This document shows, piece by piece, positions 40,652 through 50,969 of a stretch of 64,000 nt of DNA. The stretch is from positions 106,999 to 170,998 of the forward strand of contig CAVRFM010000015.1 in the NCBI GenBank assembly GCA_963720375.1, given 5' to 3'. Origin of the DNA: an uncultured Chloroflexia bacterium. GTDB taxonomy: Bacteria; Chloroflexota; Dehalococcoidia; UBA2247; RBG-13-53-26. The stretch's first letter is position 1; every line of letters begins with the position of its first letter. The notes under the pieces were generated by a model. It did not search any database, was not told where the DNA came from, and saw only the letters and a program-made list of their open reading frames with translations. Made by a program: the position numbers and the translations under genes.

Positions 40652-40795
40652 TTATCCCTTACCTATGCGGAATACCTTCGTTCTGCATTTCGGGCACACA
40701 CCTTGAATCGCGGGGCGCTTGTTCTTCATGACGATCTGCTTTGGACTCTGGATCTCCACCTTCTTTTTGCACTTCACGCAGTAAGCCTGTGCCAT
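40652..40795 (-). CDS. DUF5679-like small zinc-ribbon protein
   Basis: Manual translation MAQAYCVKCKKKVEIQSPKQIVMKNKRPAIQGVCPKCRTKVFRIGKG; AGGAGG RBS; below ORF-track cutoff. Confidence 0.85.
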   Translation of the reverse strand: MAQAYCVKCKKKVEIQSPKQIVMKNKRPAIQGVCPKCRTKVFRIGKG

Positions 40796-40878
40796 TTGTC
40801 TAGACCCTCCTTTTCAACCAGATTTGCGCAGAGACTAGCACATACATGAGTGTTCGTCAATACCTCCTCCAAATGAAG

Positions 40879-40992
40879 GTCGTTTATCAGCCCTTTCAAC
40901 CCCCTGTAGTCCCCCAGTCTTGGGGGGACATTTAAAGGTGAGGGACACCCCCAAACCCCCGGCAAAAGGGCAGAAGCCCCTCTGCACTCCCA
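40879..40992 (-). repeat. Dispersed palindromic repeat, copy C
   Basis: Reverse complement aligns over about 110 nt with 15674-15783. Confidence 0.85.
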
Positions 40993-41086
40993 AGTTGCTA
41001 AACAGTCTCCTATGTTTCTGAACGAGCTCAATCAGGCTGTTATTGTGTGCTAACTTAGATGACGGCGAAAAGATGATGGGAACTCA

Positions 41087-42343
41087 TCATGCTGCGCCGG
41101 TCAGCTGAAGGATGGCCTTTTCCAGCGGAAGCTGTATCTGCTCCCCCTTCACCATGTCTCTCAGTATCACGCTGCCCGTTCTTACCTCTTCTTCGCCAAT
41201 AATGATGGCCTGAGAGAATCCCAGAGCGTTGGCCTGCCTCAACTGGGCTTTCAGGCTCCTGTCATCCACGGCCAGGGTGACTCCGATACGTACCTGGCGG
41301 AGCCTGGCTGCCAGCTTCAAGGCTGGCCCCTTGGCTTCTTCACCCAGGCAGGCCACGTATACCTTTGTGACGGCGGCCTGCGGCAGCTTGATATCCTGCT
41401 TTTGCAGATTGAGGATGATCCTTTCTATGCCGGTGGCGAAACCGACTGCAGGCGTGGGTTTTCCCCCCAGTAGCTCGATGAGGTTGTCGTAGCGCCCTCC
41501 ACCCCCCACCGTGCTCTGCCCGCCCGCGTCAAGAGGCTGGATCTCAAATACAGTCCGGGTGTAGTAGTCCAGGCCGCGCACCAGATAGGGATTTACCTCG
41601 TAGGGTATCCGGAGGTGTTCCAGGTAGCGTTTCAGCGCAGCAAAGTGGCTGCCGCATTCAGGGCAGAGGAACTCCAGGATATGGGGAGCGCCCCTGGCGA
41701 TCTCCTGACAGGCGGGATTCTTGCAGTCCAGCAGGCGCAGAGGATTGCGCAACAGCCGGCTCTTACAATCTGCGCATAGTGCCAGCCCGTGATCTGAGTA
41801 GTATTGCTTCAGGCGCTGCAGGTACTCCCGGCGGCAGAGAGGGCACCCGATGCTGTTGAGCTGAAGGGACAGTTCCTTCAGCCCCAGTGAGGAGTAAAGG
41901 TGCCATGCCATATCGATAATCTCTGCATCCAGGGCAGGATCGGCCGCACCGATGGCTTCACAGCCGAATTGCTGGTGCTGACGGAATCTCCCGGCCTGAG
42001 GCCTTTCGTACCTGAAGACAGAGCCGAAGTAGTACAGTCTCACCGGCTGAGGCAGGTTATGCATCCCGTGCTCGATGTAGGCCCGGCATACCGGCGCCGT
42101 GCCCTCGGGGCGCAGGGTGATCTTGTCACCGCCGCGGTCATCGAAGGTGTACATCTGCTTCTCCACAATATCGGTCTCTTCGCCAACGCTGTGGAGGAAC
42201 AGGTCTGTGGACTCGAAGGCCGGCGTGTCTATGCGCTGATATCCGTAAAGCTGGCAGATTTCACCGGCCTTTTCGGTCACCAGTTTCCAGTAGGGCTGCT
42301 CTGACGGCAGGATATCTTTGGTGCCCCGCGGTGCTTTGAACAA
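41087..42343 (-). CDS. hisS: Histidyl-tRNA synthetase
   Basis: APRGTKD, LRPEGTA, FRYERPQAGRFRQ, LVRGLDYY, GGGRYD. Confidence 0.97.
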   Translation of the reverse strand: MFKAPRGTKDILPSEQPYWKLVTEKAGEICQLYGYQRIDTPAFESTDLFLHSVGEETDIVEKQMYTFDDRGGDKITLRPEGTAPVCRAYIEHGMHNLPQPVRLYYFGSVFRYERPQAGRFRQHQQFGCEAIGAADPALDAEIIDMAWHLYSSLGLKELSLQLNSIGCPLCRREYLQRLKQYYSDHGLALCADCKSRLLRNPLRLLDCKNPACQEIARGAPHILEFLCPECGSHFAALKRYLEHLRIPYEVNPYLVRGLDYYTRTVFEIQPLDAGGQSTVGGGGRYDNLIELLGGKPTPAVGFATGIERIILNLQKQDIKLPQAAVTKVYVACLGEEAKGPALKLAARLRQVRIGVTLAVDDRSLKAQLRQANALGFSQAIIIGEEEVRTGSVILRDMVKGEQIQLPLEKAILQLTGAA

Positions 42344-42604
42344 TTGATGGCTCCCTGGTCAAGTAGAATATCTTCGTGAGAGCGGTAAGTCAAGCAGTGG
42401 CGGGGTCTGCTCCCCTGAAATGGCCGCGGCCCTCGGGACTCCAATGTTACTGAAAGCTAATGTTGCCGTTGCTTCCCTGGTTCTGATATCCTTTTATCAC
42501 CATCGGGAGGCCCGCCGACCCTGTGGCAGCCGGTTTGAAGTGAAGGCGGGTGTCAGGCATAGAAAACACAAAACTGGATAATGTCTAAGCGGTAAGGGGG
42601 CAAG

Positions 42605-43735
42605 TTGGACCTTGATCTTTCTGAAGACCAAAAGATGCTGCGGAAGTCTGCCCGGGACTTTCTGGCTAATGAGTGCACCAAGCAGTTTGTCCGGGAAATG
42701 GAGCGGGATGAGAAGGGTTACTCGCCGGATCTGTGGCACAAAATGGCTGAGTTGGGCTGGCTGGGGCTGCCCTTCCCTGAGAAATATGGCGGCGGAGGGT
42801 GGAGTTTCCTTGATCTGGTGATTTTACTGGAGGAGATGGGGCGGGCCTGTTTGCCGGGCCCATTCCTTTCCAGTGTGGTAATCAGCGGTTTGACTATTCT
42901 GGAAGCGGGTACCGAGGAGCAGAAGCAGCAGTTCCTGCCGGCGATATCCCGCGGAGATATCTTCACCTTTGCCTTGACTGAGGCGGATGGCAGCTACAGT
43001 GCTGCTTCCATCCAGACAAAGGCTGCTCACCATGGGGATGACTATATCATCGATGGGATCAAGCTTTTCGTGCCCTATGCTCATGTTGCCAGCCATATTC
43101 TGTGTCTGGTCAGGACCACCCCACACTCGTCTGGGGAACATGGGCTCAGTCTTTTCGTAGTGGATGCCAAAAGCCCCGGCATAAGCTGCACGCCGCTGAG
43201 CAACATTGCCAGCGAAAAGCAGTTCGAGGTCGCCTTTGATAAGGTTAAAGTGCCAGCAGACAACATGCTAAGGAAGCCTACCGGGGGATGGCCCGTAGCT
43301 GAGAGGACTCTGGGTTTGGCCGCTACAGCCAAGTGTGCCGAGATGGTGGGCGCAGGCCAGCAGGTACTGGAGATGAGCGTAGCCTATGCCAAGGAGAGGG
43401 TGCAGTTTGATCGCCCCATAGGCAGTTTCCAGGCTATACAGCATCACTGCGCCAATATGCTGCTGGACATAGATGGTATGAGGTATCTCACCTATGAAAC
43501 AGCCTGGCTGCTCAGTCAGGGGCTTCCGGCTGCCACGGAAATAGCCATGACCAAGGCATGGGTGAGTGAAGCCATCGGCCGGGTCGTCCGTCTGGGACAT
43601 CAGATCCACGGCGGCGTCGGTTATACCATGGACCACGATCTCCAGCTCTATTACAGGCGGGGCAAAGCGGCCCAGGCCCTCTTTGGCGATGCCAGTTTCC
43701 ACCGTGAAAAGATAGCCAGCCAGTTGGGGCTCTAG
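42605..43735 (+). CDS. Acyl-CoA dehydrogenase family protein
   Basis: FALTE, ERVQFDRPIGSFQAIQH, QIHGGVG. Confidence 0.93.
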   Translation: MDLDLSEDQKMLRKSARDFLANECTKQFVREMERDEKGYSPDLWHKMAELGWLGLPFPEKYGGGGWSFLDLVILLEEMGRACLPGPFLSSVVISGLTILEAGTEEQKQQFLPAISRGDIFTFALTEADGSYSAASIQTKAAHHGDDYIIDGIKLFVPYAHVASHILCLVRTTPHSSGEHGLSLFVVDAKSPGISCTPLSNIASEKQFEVAFDKVKVPADNMLRKPTGGWPVAERTLGLAATAKCAEMVGAGQQVLEMSVAYAKERVQFDRPIGSFQAIQHHCANMLLDIDGMRYLTYETAWLLSQGLPAATEIAMTKAWVSEAIGRVVRLGHQIHGGVGYTMDHDLQLYYRRGKAAQALFGDASFHREKIASQLGL

Positions 43736-43752
43736 TTTTCGAGGGGTGCCAG

Positions 43753-44100
43753 ATGGGAGAGGGTTGCGTCTTCTGCAAGATCATTGCCGGCCAGATACCG
43801 GCTGACATTCTCTACAAGGATGACAGGGTTATTGCCATACGGGATATTAACCCCCAGGCGCCGACGCATCTGTTGATCATGCCCAGGGAGCATATCCCTT
43901 CGCTGGCTCACGTTAGTTCCGAACAGAAGGAACTCATCGGACACCTGATTCGGGTGGCGCATGAGCTGGCCGGGAGAGAGGGGTTGGCTGAGAGGGGATA
44001 CCGCGTGGCGGTGAACTATGGCCGGGACGGGGGGCAATTGGTGCCTCATCTTCATTTCCATCTCCTGGGAGGACGTGAATTATCCGGCGTTATGGGTTAG
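43753..44100 (+). CDS. HIT-family nucleotide-binding protein
   Basis: CVFCKI, DINPQAPTH, HLHFHLLGG. Confidence 0.95.
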   Translation: MGEGCVFCKIIAGQIPADILYKDDRVIAIRDINPQAPTHLLIMPREHIPSLAHVSSEQKELIGHLIRVAHELAGREGLAERGYRVAVNYGRDGGQLVPHLHFHLLGGRELSGVMG

Positions 44101-44127
44101 AATGGGTCTCGGCTGTGGGGGTGTTGA

Positions 44128-44970
44128 ATGGACTTCGCAGAGAAGCTGCTGCAGGCAGTCCGCAAAAACAAGAGTCTCCTCTGCCTCGGGCTCGACCCCG
44201 ATCCCGCGTTGATGCCTGAGACAGGCATCTTTGAGTTCAACAAGGCCATCATTGATTCCACCTCGGATATAGTCTGCGCCTATAAACCTAACCTGGCTTT
44301 CTACGAGGCTCTGGGCACTGAAGGCCTGACCGCACTGCAGAGGACTGTAGATTATATCCCCGGCGATATCCCTATCATCGGGGATGCCAAACGCGGCGAT
44401 GTCGGCCATACGGCCCGGGCCTACGCCAAAGCTCTGTTTGAAGTCCTTGGCTTTGATGCTGTCACCGTAAATCCCTATCTGGGCTACGACTCTATAGAGC
44501 CGTTTCTGAGCTATGCCGGTAAGGCGGTGTTTATCCTGTGTCTCACCTCAAATCCCGGGGCCGTTGACTTTCAGAAGGCGGCCTGCTCACCGGAAGGAGA
44601 AAAGGCCCGGCAGCCCCTGTACCAGATGGTTGCCCGTAAAGCCCGGGAGTGGAATAGGAGGAACAACGTGGGCTTGGTGGTAGGGGCCACTTATCCTGAG
44701 GAACTGAGGGAGATCAGGCAGCTCTGTCCGGACATGCTGCTGTTGATACCGGGGATTGGAACGCAGGGAGGCAGCCTTGATTGGGCGGTCCGCTATGGGA
44801 CGGATTCCAAAGGGGGAAGGGCCATCATCAGCAGCTCAAGGCAGATCCTGTATGCTTCGAAGGGAGATGATTTTGCCGGGGCGGCCCGGCGGGCTGCCGA
44901 TGATCTGCGCTGTCTGATCAACTCCCTTCTGCCGGGTTCATCGGCTGCCCGGGGTAGCGATGGAAGTTGA
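44128..44970 (+). CDS. pyrF: Orotidine-5'-phosphate decarboxylase
   Basis: LCLGLDP, YKPNLAFY, DAKRGD, LTSNPG, LVVGAT, SSRQILYAS. Confidence 0.95.
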   Translation: MDFAEKLLQAVRKNKSLLCLGLDPDPALMPETGIFEFNKAIIDSTSDIVCAYKPNLAFYEALGTEGLTALQRTVDYIPGDIPIIGDAKRGDVGHTARAYAKALFEVLGFDAVTVNPYLGYDSIEPFLSYAGKAVFILCLTSNPGAVDFQKAACSPEGEKARQPLYQMVARKAREWNRRNNVGLVVGATYPEELREIRQLCPDMLLLIPGIGTQGGSLDWAVRYGTDSKGGRAIISSSRQILYASKGDDFAGAARRAADDLRCLINSLLPGSSAARGSDGS

Positions 44971-45151
44971 GCTGGGCGATACACTGGAACTGAAGAAACC
45001 ACATCCTTGCGGCAGCTACAATTGGGAGGTGGTGGGGCTGGGGGCTGATATCGGCATCCGGTGCCTGAAGTGCCATCGCAGAGTCCTGGTGGGGCGGGAG
45101 GTTTTGAGGCGGCGGGTAAGAGGAATTCAGAAGGCAAAAGCCGAAGAATAG
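44960..45151 (+). CDS. DUF951 family protein
   Basis: LKKPHPCGS..WEV..LGADI..CLKC. Confidence 0.9.
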   Translation: MEVELGDTLELKKPHPCGSYNWEVVGLGADIGIRCLKCHRRVLVGREVLRRRVRGIQKAKAEE

Positions 45152-45178
45152 GGAAGATTACTTAGGGGGGTGATTTCT

Positions 45179-45436
45179 ATGACACAGGAAATAGAGATCG
45201 GCATGGTGACTGACTTCTTTGCCCGACCGGTAGTTGCAGGCATCGATCTGAAGGCTGGCCTCAAGCGTGGTGACAAGATCCATATCAAGGGACACACCAC
45301 GGACCTTGAACTTGTTGTCGAATCGATGCAGATTCAGAACAAGGACGTGGCGGAGGCCAAGCCGGGAGATTCTATAGGGATCAAGGTCCCTGATCGGGTG
45401 CGGCAAGAAGACAGGGTCTATAAGGTTGTTGAGTAG
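45179..45436 (+). CDS. Small translation-factor-like beta-barrel protein
   Basis: GDKIHIKGHTTD...VESMQI...GIKVPDRVR. Confidence 0.8.
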   Translation: MTQEIEIGMVTDFFARPVVAGIDLKAGLKRGDKIHIKGHTTDLELVVESMQIQNKDVAEAKPGDSIGIKVPDRVRQEDRVYKVVE

Positions 45437-45441
45437 GGCCC

Positions 45442-45915
45442 CTACTTTCCTATGGCCTTGATGAGGTTCGCCATTTCGATGCCGCTCATAGCGGCCTTGA
45501 AGCCCATGTTGCCCTCTTTTGTCCCGGCCCTCTCGATGGCCTGCTCCAGGGTATCGGCAGTGATTATCCCGAAAATAACGGGGACGCCGGTATCCAGCGC
45601 CACCTTGGCAATCCCCTTGCTCGCTTCGGCAGCAATGAAGTCGAAGTGAGGAGTGCCCCCTCGAATGATGGCACCGAGACAGATGACAGCGCTATACCTT
45701 TTTGACTCCGCCATTTTCTTGGCAATGAGCGGAATTTCAAAGGAGCCTGGTGTCCAGGCGATCTCGATATCCTCTTCCTTGACTCCGTGGCGGAGCAAGG
45801 CATCCTGCGCTCCTTCGAGCAGCCTCACCGAGATGAACTCGTTGAACCGTGAGTTAATCAGCATGAACTTCAGGCCCTGTGCCAGCAGTGTCCCCTGATA
45901 AATCTTCTTCATCAT
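45442..45915 (-). CDS. ribH: Lumazine synthase
   Basis: [30 protein letters not shown]. Confidence 0.96.
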   Translation of the reverse strand: MMKKIYQGTLLAQGLKFMLINSRFNEFISVRLLEGAQDALLRHGVKEEDIEIAWTPGSFEIPLIAKKMAESKRYSAVICLGAIIRGGTPHFDFIAAEASKGIAKVALDTGVPVIFGIITADTLEQAIERAGTKEGNMGFKAAMSGIEMANLIKAIGK

Positions 45916-45927
45916 GCCCTCCTCTTC

Positions 45928-47130
45928 TTATTCAGCCACAAAATGATGTCCCAGCTTCGCGCCCTTTGTTTTCAGATAAGAGGCGTTATAGGAATTTGGT
46001 GGCACCACAATCGGTACCGTTTCCACTACCTTGAGGCCGTGCCCTTCCAAACCCACTACCTTTCTGGGATTGTTCGTCAGCAAGCGAATGCGTTCCAGGC
46101 CGATGTCGGCCAGAATCTGAGCTCCTATCCCATAATCACGCAGGTCGGCAGCGAAGCCCAGAAGCTCGTTGGCTTCCACAGTGTCTACTCCTTGGTCCTG
46201 GAGAGCATAGGCACGCAGCTTGTTGTGGAGTCCGATACCTCTGCCTTCCTGCCGCATGTAGAGAAAGACCCCTCTCTCTTCCTTGGCTATGGCTTGCATG
46301 GCCATAGCCATCTGCTGGCCGCAGTCGCAGCGGAGGCTGCCGAAAACGTCACCGGTGAGGCACTCGCTGTGCACCCGCACCAGTACCGGTTCCCCGGTAG
46401 AGACATCGCCCTTAACCAGGGCTACATGCTCGTCGGGGTCGATAGAGCTCCTGTAGGCCATGATAGTAAACTCGCCGTACTTTGTGGGCAGCTTGGCCTC
46501 GGCTACCCGATGCACCAGCTTCTCGTGACGGCGGCGGTAGGTGATGAGGTCGGCCACACTGACCATCTTCATATTGTACTTGGCAGCCATCTCCTCCAGT
46601 TGACGGAGACGAGCCATGGAGCCATCCTCATTCATAATCTCACAGATGACCCCGGCGGGGTAAAGCCCGGCTAATCTGGCCAGATCAACTATGGCTTCCG
46701 TATGGCCGGCGCGCACCAGGACTCCTCCCGGCCTGGCCTTTATCGGAAAAACATGACCCGGCCTGGCGATATCATCCGGCTTTGTAGCCGGGTTAATGAC
46801 CGTTTTTATAGTGGTGGCCCGGTCCTGGGCGGAGATGCCGGTGGTTACGCCATGTTTTGCCTCAATAGATACCGTGAAGGCAGTGGAGAATCTGGATGTA
46901 TTGTCTTGGACCATCATGGGAATCCGGAGCTCTTCCAGCCTGTCGCCCATAATGGGCAGGCAGATCAGCCCCCGTGCCTCTTTGGACATAAAATTGATGG
47001 CATCAGGGGTAACCTTCTCTGCGGCTATAGCCAGATCGCCCTCGTTCTCCCGGCTCTCATCATCAACGACGATGAGTATCTTGCCAGCTTTAATATCCTC
47101 GATTGCCTCGGGAATCGTGGCCAGTCCCAT
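45928..47130 (-). CDS. ribBA: DHBP synthase / GTP cyclohydrolase II
   Basis: [32 protein letters not shown]. Confidence 0.97.
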   Translation of the reverse strand: MGLATIPEAIEDIKAGKILIVVDDESRENEGDLAIAAEKVTPDAINFMSKEARGLICLPIMGDRLEELRIPMMVQDNTSRFSTAFTVSIEAKHGVTTGISAQDRATTIKTVINPATKPDDIARPGHVFPIKARPGGVLVRAGHTEAIVDLARLAGLYPAGVICEIMNEDGSMARLRQLEEMAAKYNMKMVSVADLITYRRRHEKLVHRVAEAKLPTKYGEFTIMAYRSSIDPDEHVALVKGDVSTGEPVLVRVHSECLTGDVFGSLRCDCGQQMAMAMQAIAKEERGVFLYMRQEGRGIGLHNKLRAYALQDQGVDTVEANELLGFAADLRDYGIGAQILADIGLERIRLLTNNPRKVVGLEGHGLKVVETVPIVVPPNSYNASYLKTKGAKLGHHFVAE

Positions 47131-47151
47131 ATTCTAAATCACCTCTTCAAT

Positions 47152-47790
47152 TCAAGAAGGAGACCCGGTGGCTGAGAAACCATGCTCGTTGAGGAAATCC
47201 AGGGTAAGCCCACCATGTCCCTCTCCACATTTTCCCACATATTTGGCGATGATATCTACCTCCAGATTCACCAAGTCTCCGACGCGCTTGGTGCCCAGGA
47301 TGGTGGTTTTGAGTGTATAAGCAACCAGGGAAACGCTTAATGAAGTCTTGTCGTAACCTATGACTGTAAGACTGACGCCATCAACGGCAATAAAGCCCTT
47401 CTCCACCACGTACCGCAACACCTCCGGAGGGACGGCAAATCTGGCAATGACAGCGCCTCCTTCCGGTATTAGTGAGATGATCTTGCCTGTGGAGTCCACA
47501 TGCCCCTGCACCAGGTGTCCTCCCAGACGTCCGCCTACCAATAGAGGCCTTTCCAGGTTCACCGTGGAACCGGGGTGCAGCAACCCCAGATTGGTGCGCT
47601 TCAGAGTCTCGGGCATGATGTCCACGGAGAAAGACGCAGCATCGAGGGCGCTCACTGTGAGGCATGCTCCATTAACGGCCATGCTGTCACCAAGCTTGGT
47701 TCCCTCAAGCACCCTGGCAGCAGAAACAGTCAATCTGCTCGAACTCATGGCCTTTAAGGTGCCTATTTCTTCAATGATGCCGGTAAACAA
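47152..47790 (-). CDS. ribE: Riboflavin synthase
   Basis: MFTGIIEE, NGACLT, GGHLVQGHVD. Confidence 0.96.
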   Translation of the reverse strand: MFTGIIEEIGTLKAMSSSRLTVSAARVLEGTKLGDSMAVNGACLTVSALDAASFSVDIMPETLKRTNLGLLHPGSTVNLERPLLVGGRLGGHLVQGHVDSTGKIISLIPEGGAVIARFAVPPEVLRYVVEKGFIAVDGVSLTVIGYDKTSLSVSLVAYTLKTTILGTKRVGDLVNLEVDIIAKYVGKCGEGHGGLTLDFLNEHGFSATGSPS

Positions 47791-47848
47791 ATTGTCCTTT
47801 CCCTCTCCTTCTCAATTCAATGGTGCTGGAACATGCTGCGGGGACGAC

Positions 47849-48940
47849 CTACCGGGCAACATACCCGCTGACCAGGATATCATTGCCCACCTTCACTACC
47901 TTCATCCCGGTCAGGTTTGTTGCCTGGGACAGCTTTTCGACACCCTTGCCTTCCACCGGGTTCTTTGCCTGTTCTCCACCGATAATGATGGGGGCGATAA
48001 AGACAAGTACCTTATCTACCAGACCTTGTTCAAACAGTGAACCAAAGACAGCGGCGCCACCCTCCACCATCAGGCTGATGACCTGCCTCTTGCCCAAGAC
48101 CTGCAGCAACTCTTGCAGGTCTACTAATCCCCCCTTTGAGGGCAGTTTCAGAATCTCCGCACCAGCCTGGGCAAGGACCTTGGCCTTGGCTGGCTCTATC
48201 TCTTTGGTTGTTGCTATCAGGGTCTTCCCGGGTAGATGGAGCACCCGCGCAGATGGCGGAGTACGACCGGTGCTGTCAACCACCACACGCAAAGGCTGCT
48301 TCTCTAATTGCCCGCCTTCCAGACCGGCTCGGGCTGTCAGCTGGGGGTCATCCTTAATGATAGTATCGACGCCCACCATGATAGCACCCACCTGACTTCG
48401 CAGGCTGTGGACATATCTCCTTGATTGCTCCCCGCTTATCCATTTGGAATCGCCGGTTTTGGTGGCGATCTTCCCATCAAGGCTCATGGCGAATTTGGCA
48501 AGAACAAAGGGCAAGCCTGTGGCGACAAACTTGATATAGGCTTCGTTAAGCTCCTGAGCGGTCTCCTCATGTTCACCGACATGTGTTTTTATCCCCGCTG
48601 CCTCCAGTTCAGCCTTTCCCCGGCCGCAGACCTGAAGATTAGGATCGATTATAGACAGGTGGACTTCGGCAATGCCGGCTTCAATGATAGCTTTGGTGCA
48701 GGGAGGGGTACGTCCATAGTGGCAGCAGGGTTCGAGGGTAACGTACATTGTGGCTCCGCGGGCTTTTTCTCCTGCCTGCTGCAGAGCTACCACCTCAGCA
48801 TGGCTTGAACCCGGTGGCTGCGTGTAACCCTCTCCTACAATCAGGCCATCCTTTACTATCACCGCCCCCACGGACGGGTTAGGGCTGGCGTGCACCAGAG
48901 CCAGCTTGGCCAGGGAAAGGGCACGATCCATATAGTCCAT
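47849..48940 (-). CDS. ribD: Riboflavin deaminase/reductase RibD
   Basis: SPNPSVG, HAE, TLEPCCHYGRTPPC, SLDGKIA. Confidence 0.96.
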   Translation of the reverse strand: MDYMDRALSLAKLALVHASPNPSVGAVIVKDGLIVGEGYTQPPGSSHAEVVALQQAGEKARGATMYVTLEPCCHYGRTPPCTKAIIEAGIAEVHLSIIDPNLQVCGRGKAELEAAGIKTHVGEHEETAQELNEAYIKFVATGLPFVLAKFAMSLDGKIATKTGDSKWISGEQSRRYVHSLRSQVGAIMVGVDTIIKDDPQLTARAGLEGGQLEKQPLRVVVDSTGRTPPSARVLHLPGKTLIATTKEIEPAKAKVLAQAGAEILKLPSKGGLVDLQELLQVLGKRQVISLMVEGGAAVFGSLFEQGLVDKVLVFIAPIIIGGEQAKNPVEGKGVEKLSQATNLTGMKVVKVGNDILVSGYVAR

Positions 48941-49060
48941 AGGATTAAAACTCTTATGGTGTAGCATCAGTCACCCAAGCATCAAACCTGGCGATGCTTC
49001 ACCTAGCCGCCATTCTAGCATCTGGTAATTTAAACTGCAAATAACGCCCCGTAATGGAGC

Positions 49061-49088
49061 AACAAAAGAGAGCCTTGACCAGGCTCTC
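49061..49088 (-). terminator. Intrinsic terminator after anti-sigma gene
   Basis: Minus strand GAGAGCCT-GGTCA-AGGCTCTC-TTTTGTT. Confidence 0.65.
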
Positions 49089-49140
49089 CAACCAAGAGGG
49101 ATTACAACTCCGCATCCCTCAAGCCATTATTTGATGAGCT

Positions 49141-49758
49141 CTACGCTCTCGGGAACCTCTTTTTTGCCCTTTCTCTCCGCGACTTCTGCCAGATGATAAT
49201 GGTCACTCCTCCCAGCACAACCACTGTTCCTGACAGGCTATACTCCAGCGGGCGCAGCCAGCGCCCCTCTTCCCCGACTGATATGCCAAGCTCACCTCCA
49301 CCGTTTACCCCGCCACCCTGCACTGCCTTATCGGATGAATATGAGTCGGATGAATTGGCTTCATTATCGGATGATCGGGAGGATGATGAGCCTCCTTGAA
49401 ATGTTGATGGGGGTGTTGTTTCAAAGAGATTGGTTAAATCGGCAGTAAATGCCAGCACCAGCAACACAGCGGCCGCGGCCGTAGCCAGTCGCAGCACCGG
49501 CAGAGCTGTCCATCGAGGCGCCGGCTCAGCCTGCGCCACCCTGAAGCTGCGTGAGGGTGATGCCTGGGGTACCTGGTGCAGCAGGCCCACTGTTGCCCGA
49601 AACGAATCAAGCTCGTTCTGACAGTGCTGACAGGTCTGGAGATGCTGCTCTAAACGAATCCGCTCCTGAGTGTCCAGGCGCCCGTCTATGTAGGCAGAGA
49701 GCATCTCTGCCGTTTTATCACAATTAGTTCTCTTGAATCGCCCAAACAATCGCCACAT
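49141..49758 (-). CDS. Zinc-binding (zf-HC2) membrane anti-sigma factor
   Basis: LSAYIDG...HLQTCQHC plus TM segments, downstream of ECF sigma. Confidence 0.88.
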   Translation of the reverse strand: MWRLFGRFKRTNCDKTAEMLSAYIDGRLDTQERIRLEQHLQTCQHCQNELDSFRATVGLLHQVPQASPSRSFRVAQAEPAPRWTALPVLRLATAAAAVLLVLAFTADLTNLFETTPPSTFQGGSSSSRSSDNEANSSDSYSSDKAVQGGGVNGGGELGISVGEEGRWLRPLEYSLSGTVVVLGGVTIIIWQKSRRERAKKRFPRA

Positions 49759-49770
49759 AGTTATATCCCT

Positions 49771-50349
49771 CTATTTATCTAAACGAAATCCAGGAGGGAG
49801 AAGTTCCCTCTTTAGAAGATAGTCACGTAACTGGGCTCTGCCCCGGCTGATGCGTGATCTCACTGTTCCCAGGGAGCACTTCATAACCTGGGCGATCTCC
49901 TCGTAGCTTAGTCCCTGGATATCGCAGAGAATGACCGCCAGCCGTTGCTCCGATGGGAGACCGGCCAGCCCGTTCTGGATCTGATCGCTTGTCTCTCGAC
50001 GCAGCACGTAATCCTCAGGAGATTCACTGGAGGACGATTCCCTGGGCTCAAATGGCAGTGATTCCAGTGAGATTGAAGGATGGCGCTTGCGTTTGCGCAG
50101 TTGGTCCCGGCAGACATTGGCGGTGATGCACAATAGCCAGGCCCTGAAGTTGCCTCCCCTGAAGCTGCGGATGTTCTTCCAGGCGGAGAAGAAGGCATCC
50201 TGGGCGGCATCTTCAGCAGCGCTGGGATCGCCTAACATCCGCAAAGCAACGTTATACACTGTCTTCTGGTGGCGCTCGACAAGCAAATTAAAACTGTCGA
50301 GGTTGCCCTCTTTACTGCCTTGGGCAAGATCGGAGTCGTCCAGGTTCAT
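49771..50349 (-). CDS. ECF RNA polymerase sigma factor
   Basis: AEDAAQDAF, FRAWL, LSYEEIA, GTVRSRISRGR. Confidence 0.94.
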   Translation of the reverse strand: MNLDDSDLAQGSKEGNLDSFNLLVERHQKTVYNVALRMLGDPSAAEDAAQDAFFSAWKNIRSFRGGNFRAWLLCITANVCRDQLRKRKRHPSISLESLPFEPRESSSSESPEDYVLRRETSDQIQNGLAGLPSEQRLAVILCDIQGLSYEEIAQVMKCSLGTVRSRISRGRAQLRDYLLKRELLPPGFRLDK

Positions 50350-50427
50350 CTTTCCGTGGTTCCTGTAGAAGTACAAGAGGTGAATAGATTATAATCTACA
50401 TCTGCCGTTTACTGAAGGAGCTGAAGA

Positions 50428-50952
50428 CTGAAGAGTAAAATCGCTCAGATCATATTGACCGTTCTTGTAATACTGGTCGTCTTTGCTGCGGTTCAATTCA
50501 GCATACAAAGTTTCAGGGTTGAAGGATGGAGCATGGAGCCGAGCTTTCACGATGGAGAGTATCTTATAGTAGACAAACTGACATACCGCTTCACCTCTCC
50601 GAGCAGAGGCGATGTGGTTGTTTTGTATAACCCGGAGGTTCCAAGCCAGCTTCTTATCAAAAGGATAGTAGGTATGCCAGGGGAGACAGTGGAGATCAAG
50701 GGGGGTGAGATTTACATAAATGGAGATAAGCTGGAAGAGACCCCTGAATTTGCCTTGATCCCTTACCACGATTCTCTGACAACGGTTCCACAGGGTGAGT
50801 ATTTTGTTATTGGAGACAACCGTACGGCTACTACCGGTTCCCATATCTTTGGCCCCGTGCCCCGCAAGAACATAGTGGGCAAGACGTGGCTTTCCTATTG
50901 GCCACTGCATGATTGGGGGCTCTCGCCCAGCTACGCCGCGACGGCGAAATAG
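50428..50952 (+). CDS. lepB: Signal peptidase I
   Basis: SMEPS, IKRIVG, GDNR; possible CTG start at 50428 after AAGGAG (else TTG 50455). Confidence 0.92.
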   Translation: MKSKIAQIILTVLVILVVFAAVQFSIQSFRVEGWSMEPSFHDGEYLIVDKLTYRFTSPSRGDVVVLYNPEVPSQLLIKRIVGMPGETVEIKGGEIYINGDKLEETPEFALIPYHDSLTTVPQGEYFVIGDNRTATTGSHIFGPVPRKNIVGKTWLSYWPLHDWGLSPSYAATAK

Positions 50953-50969
50953 GAACTGGAGGGAGATCT

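Noticed and set aside
48941-49140. FMN riboswitch upstream of ribD
   Set aside because: Hairpins present but the conserved RFN motifs were not found
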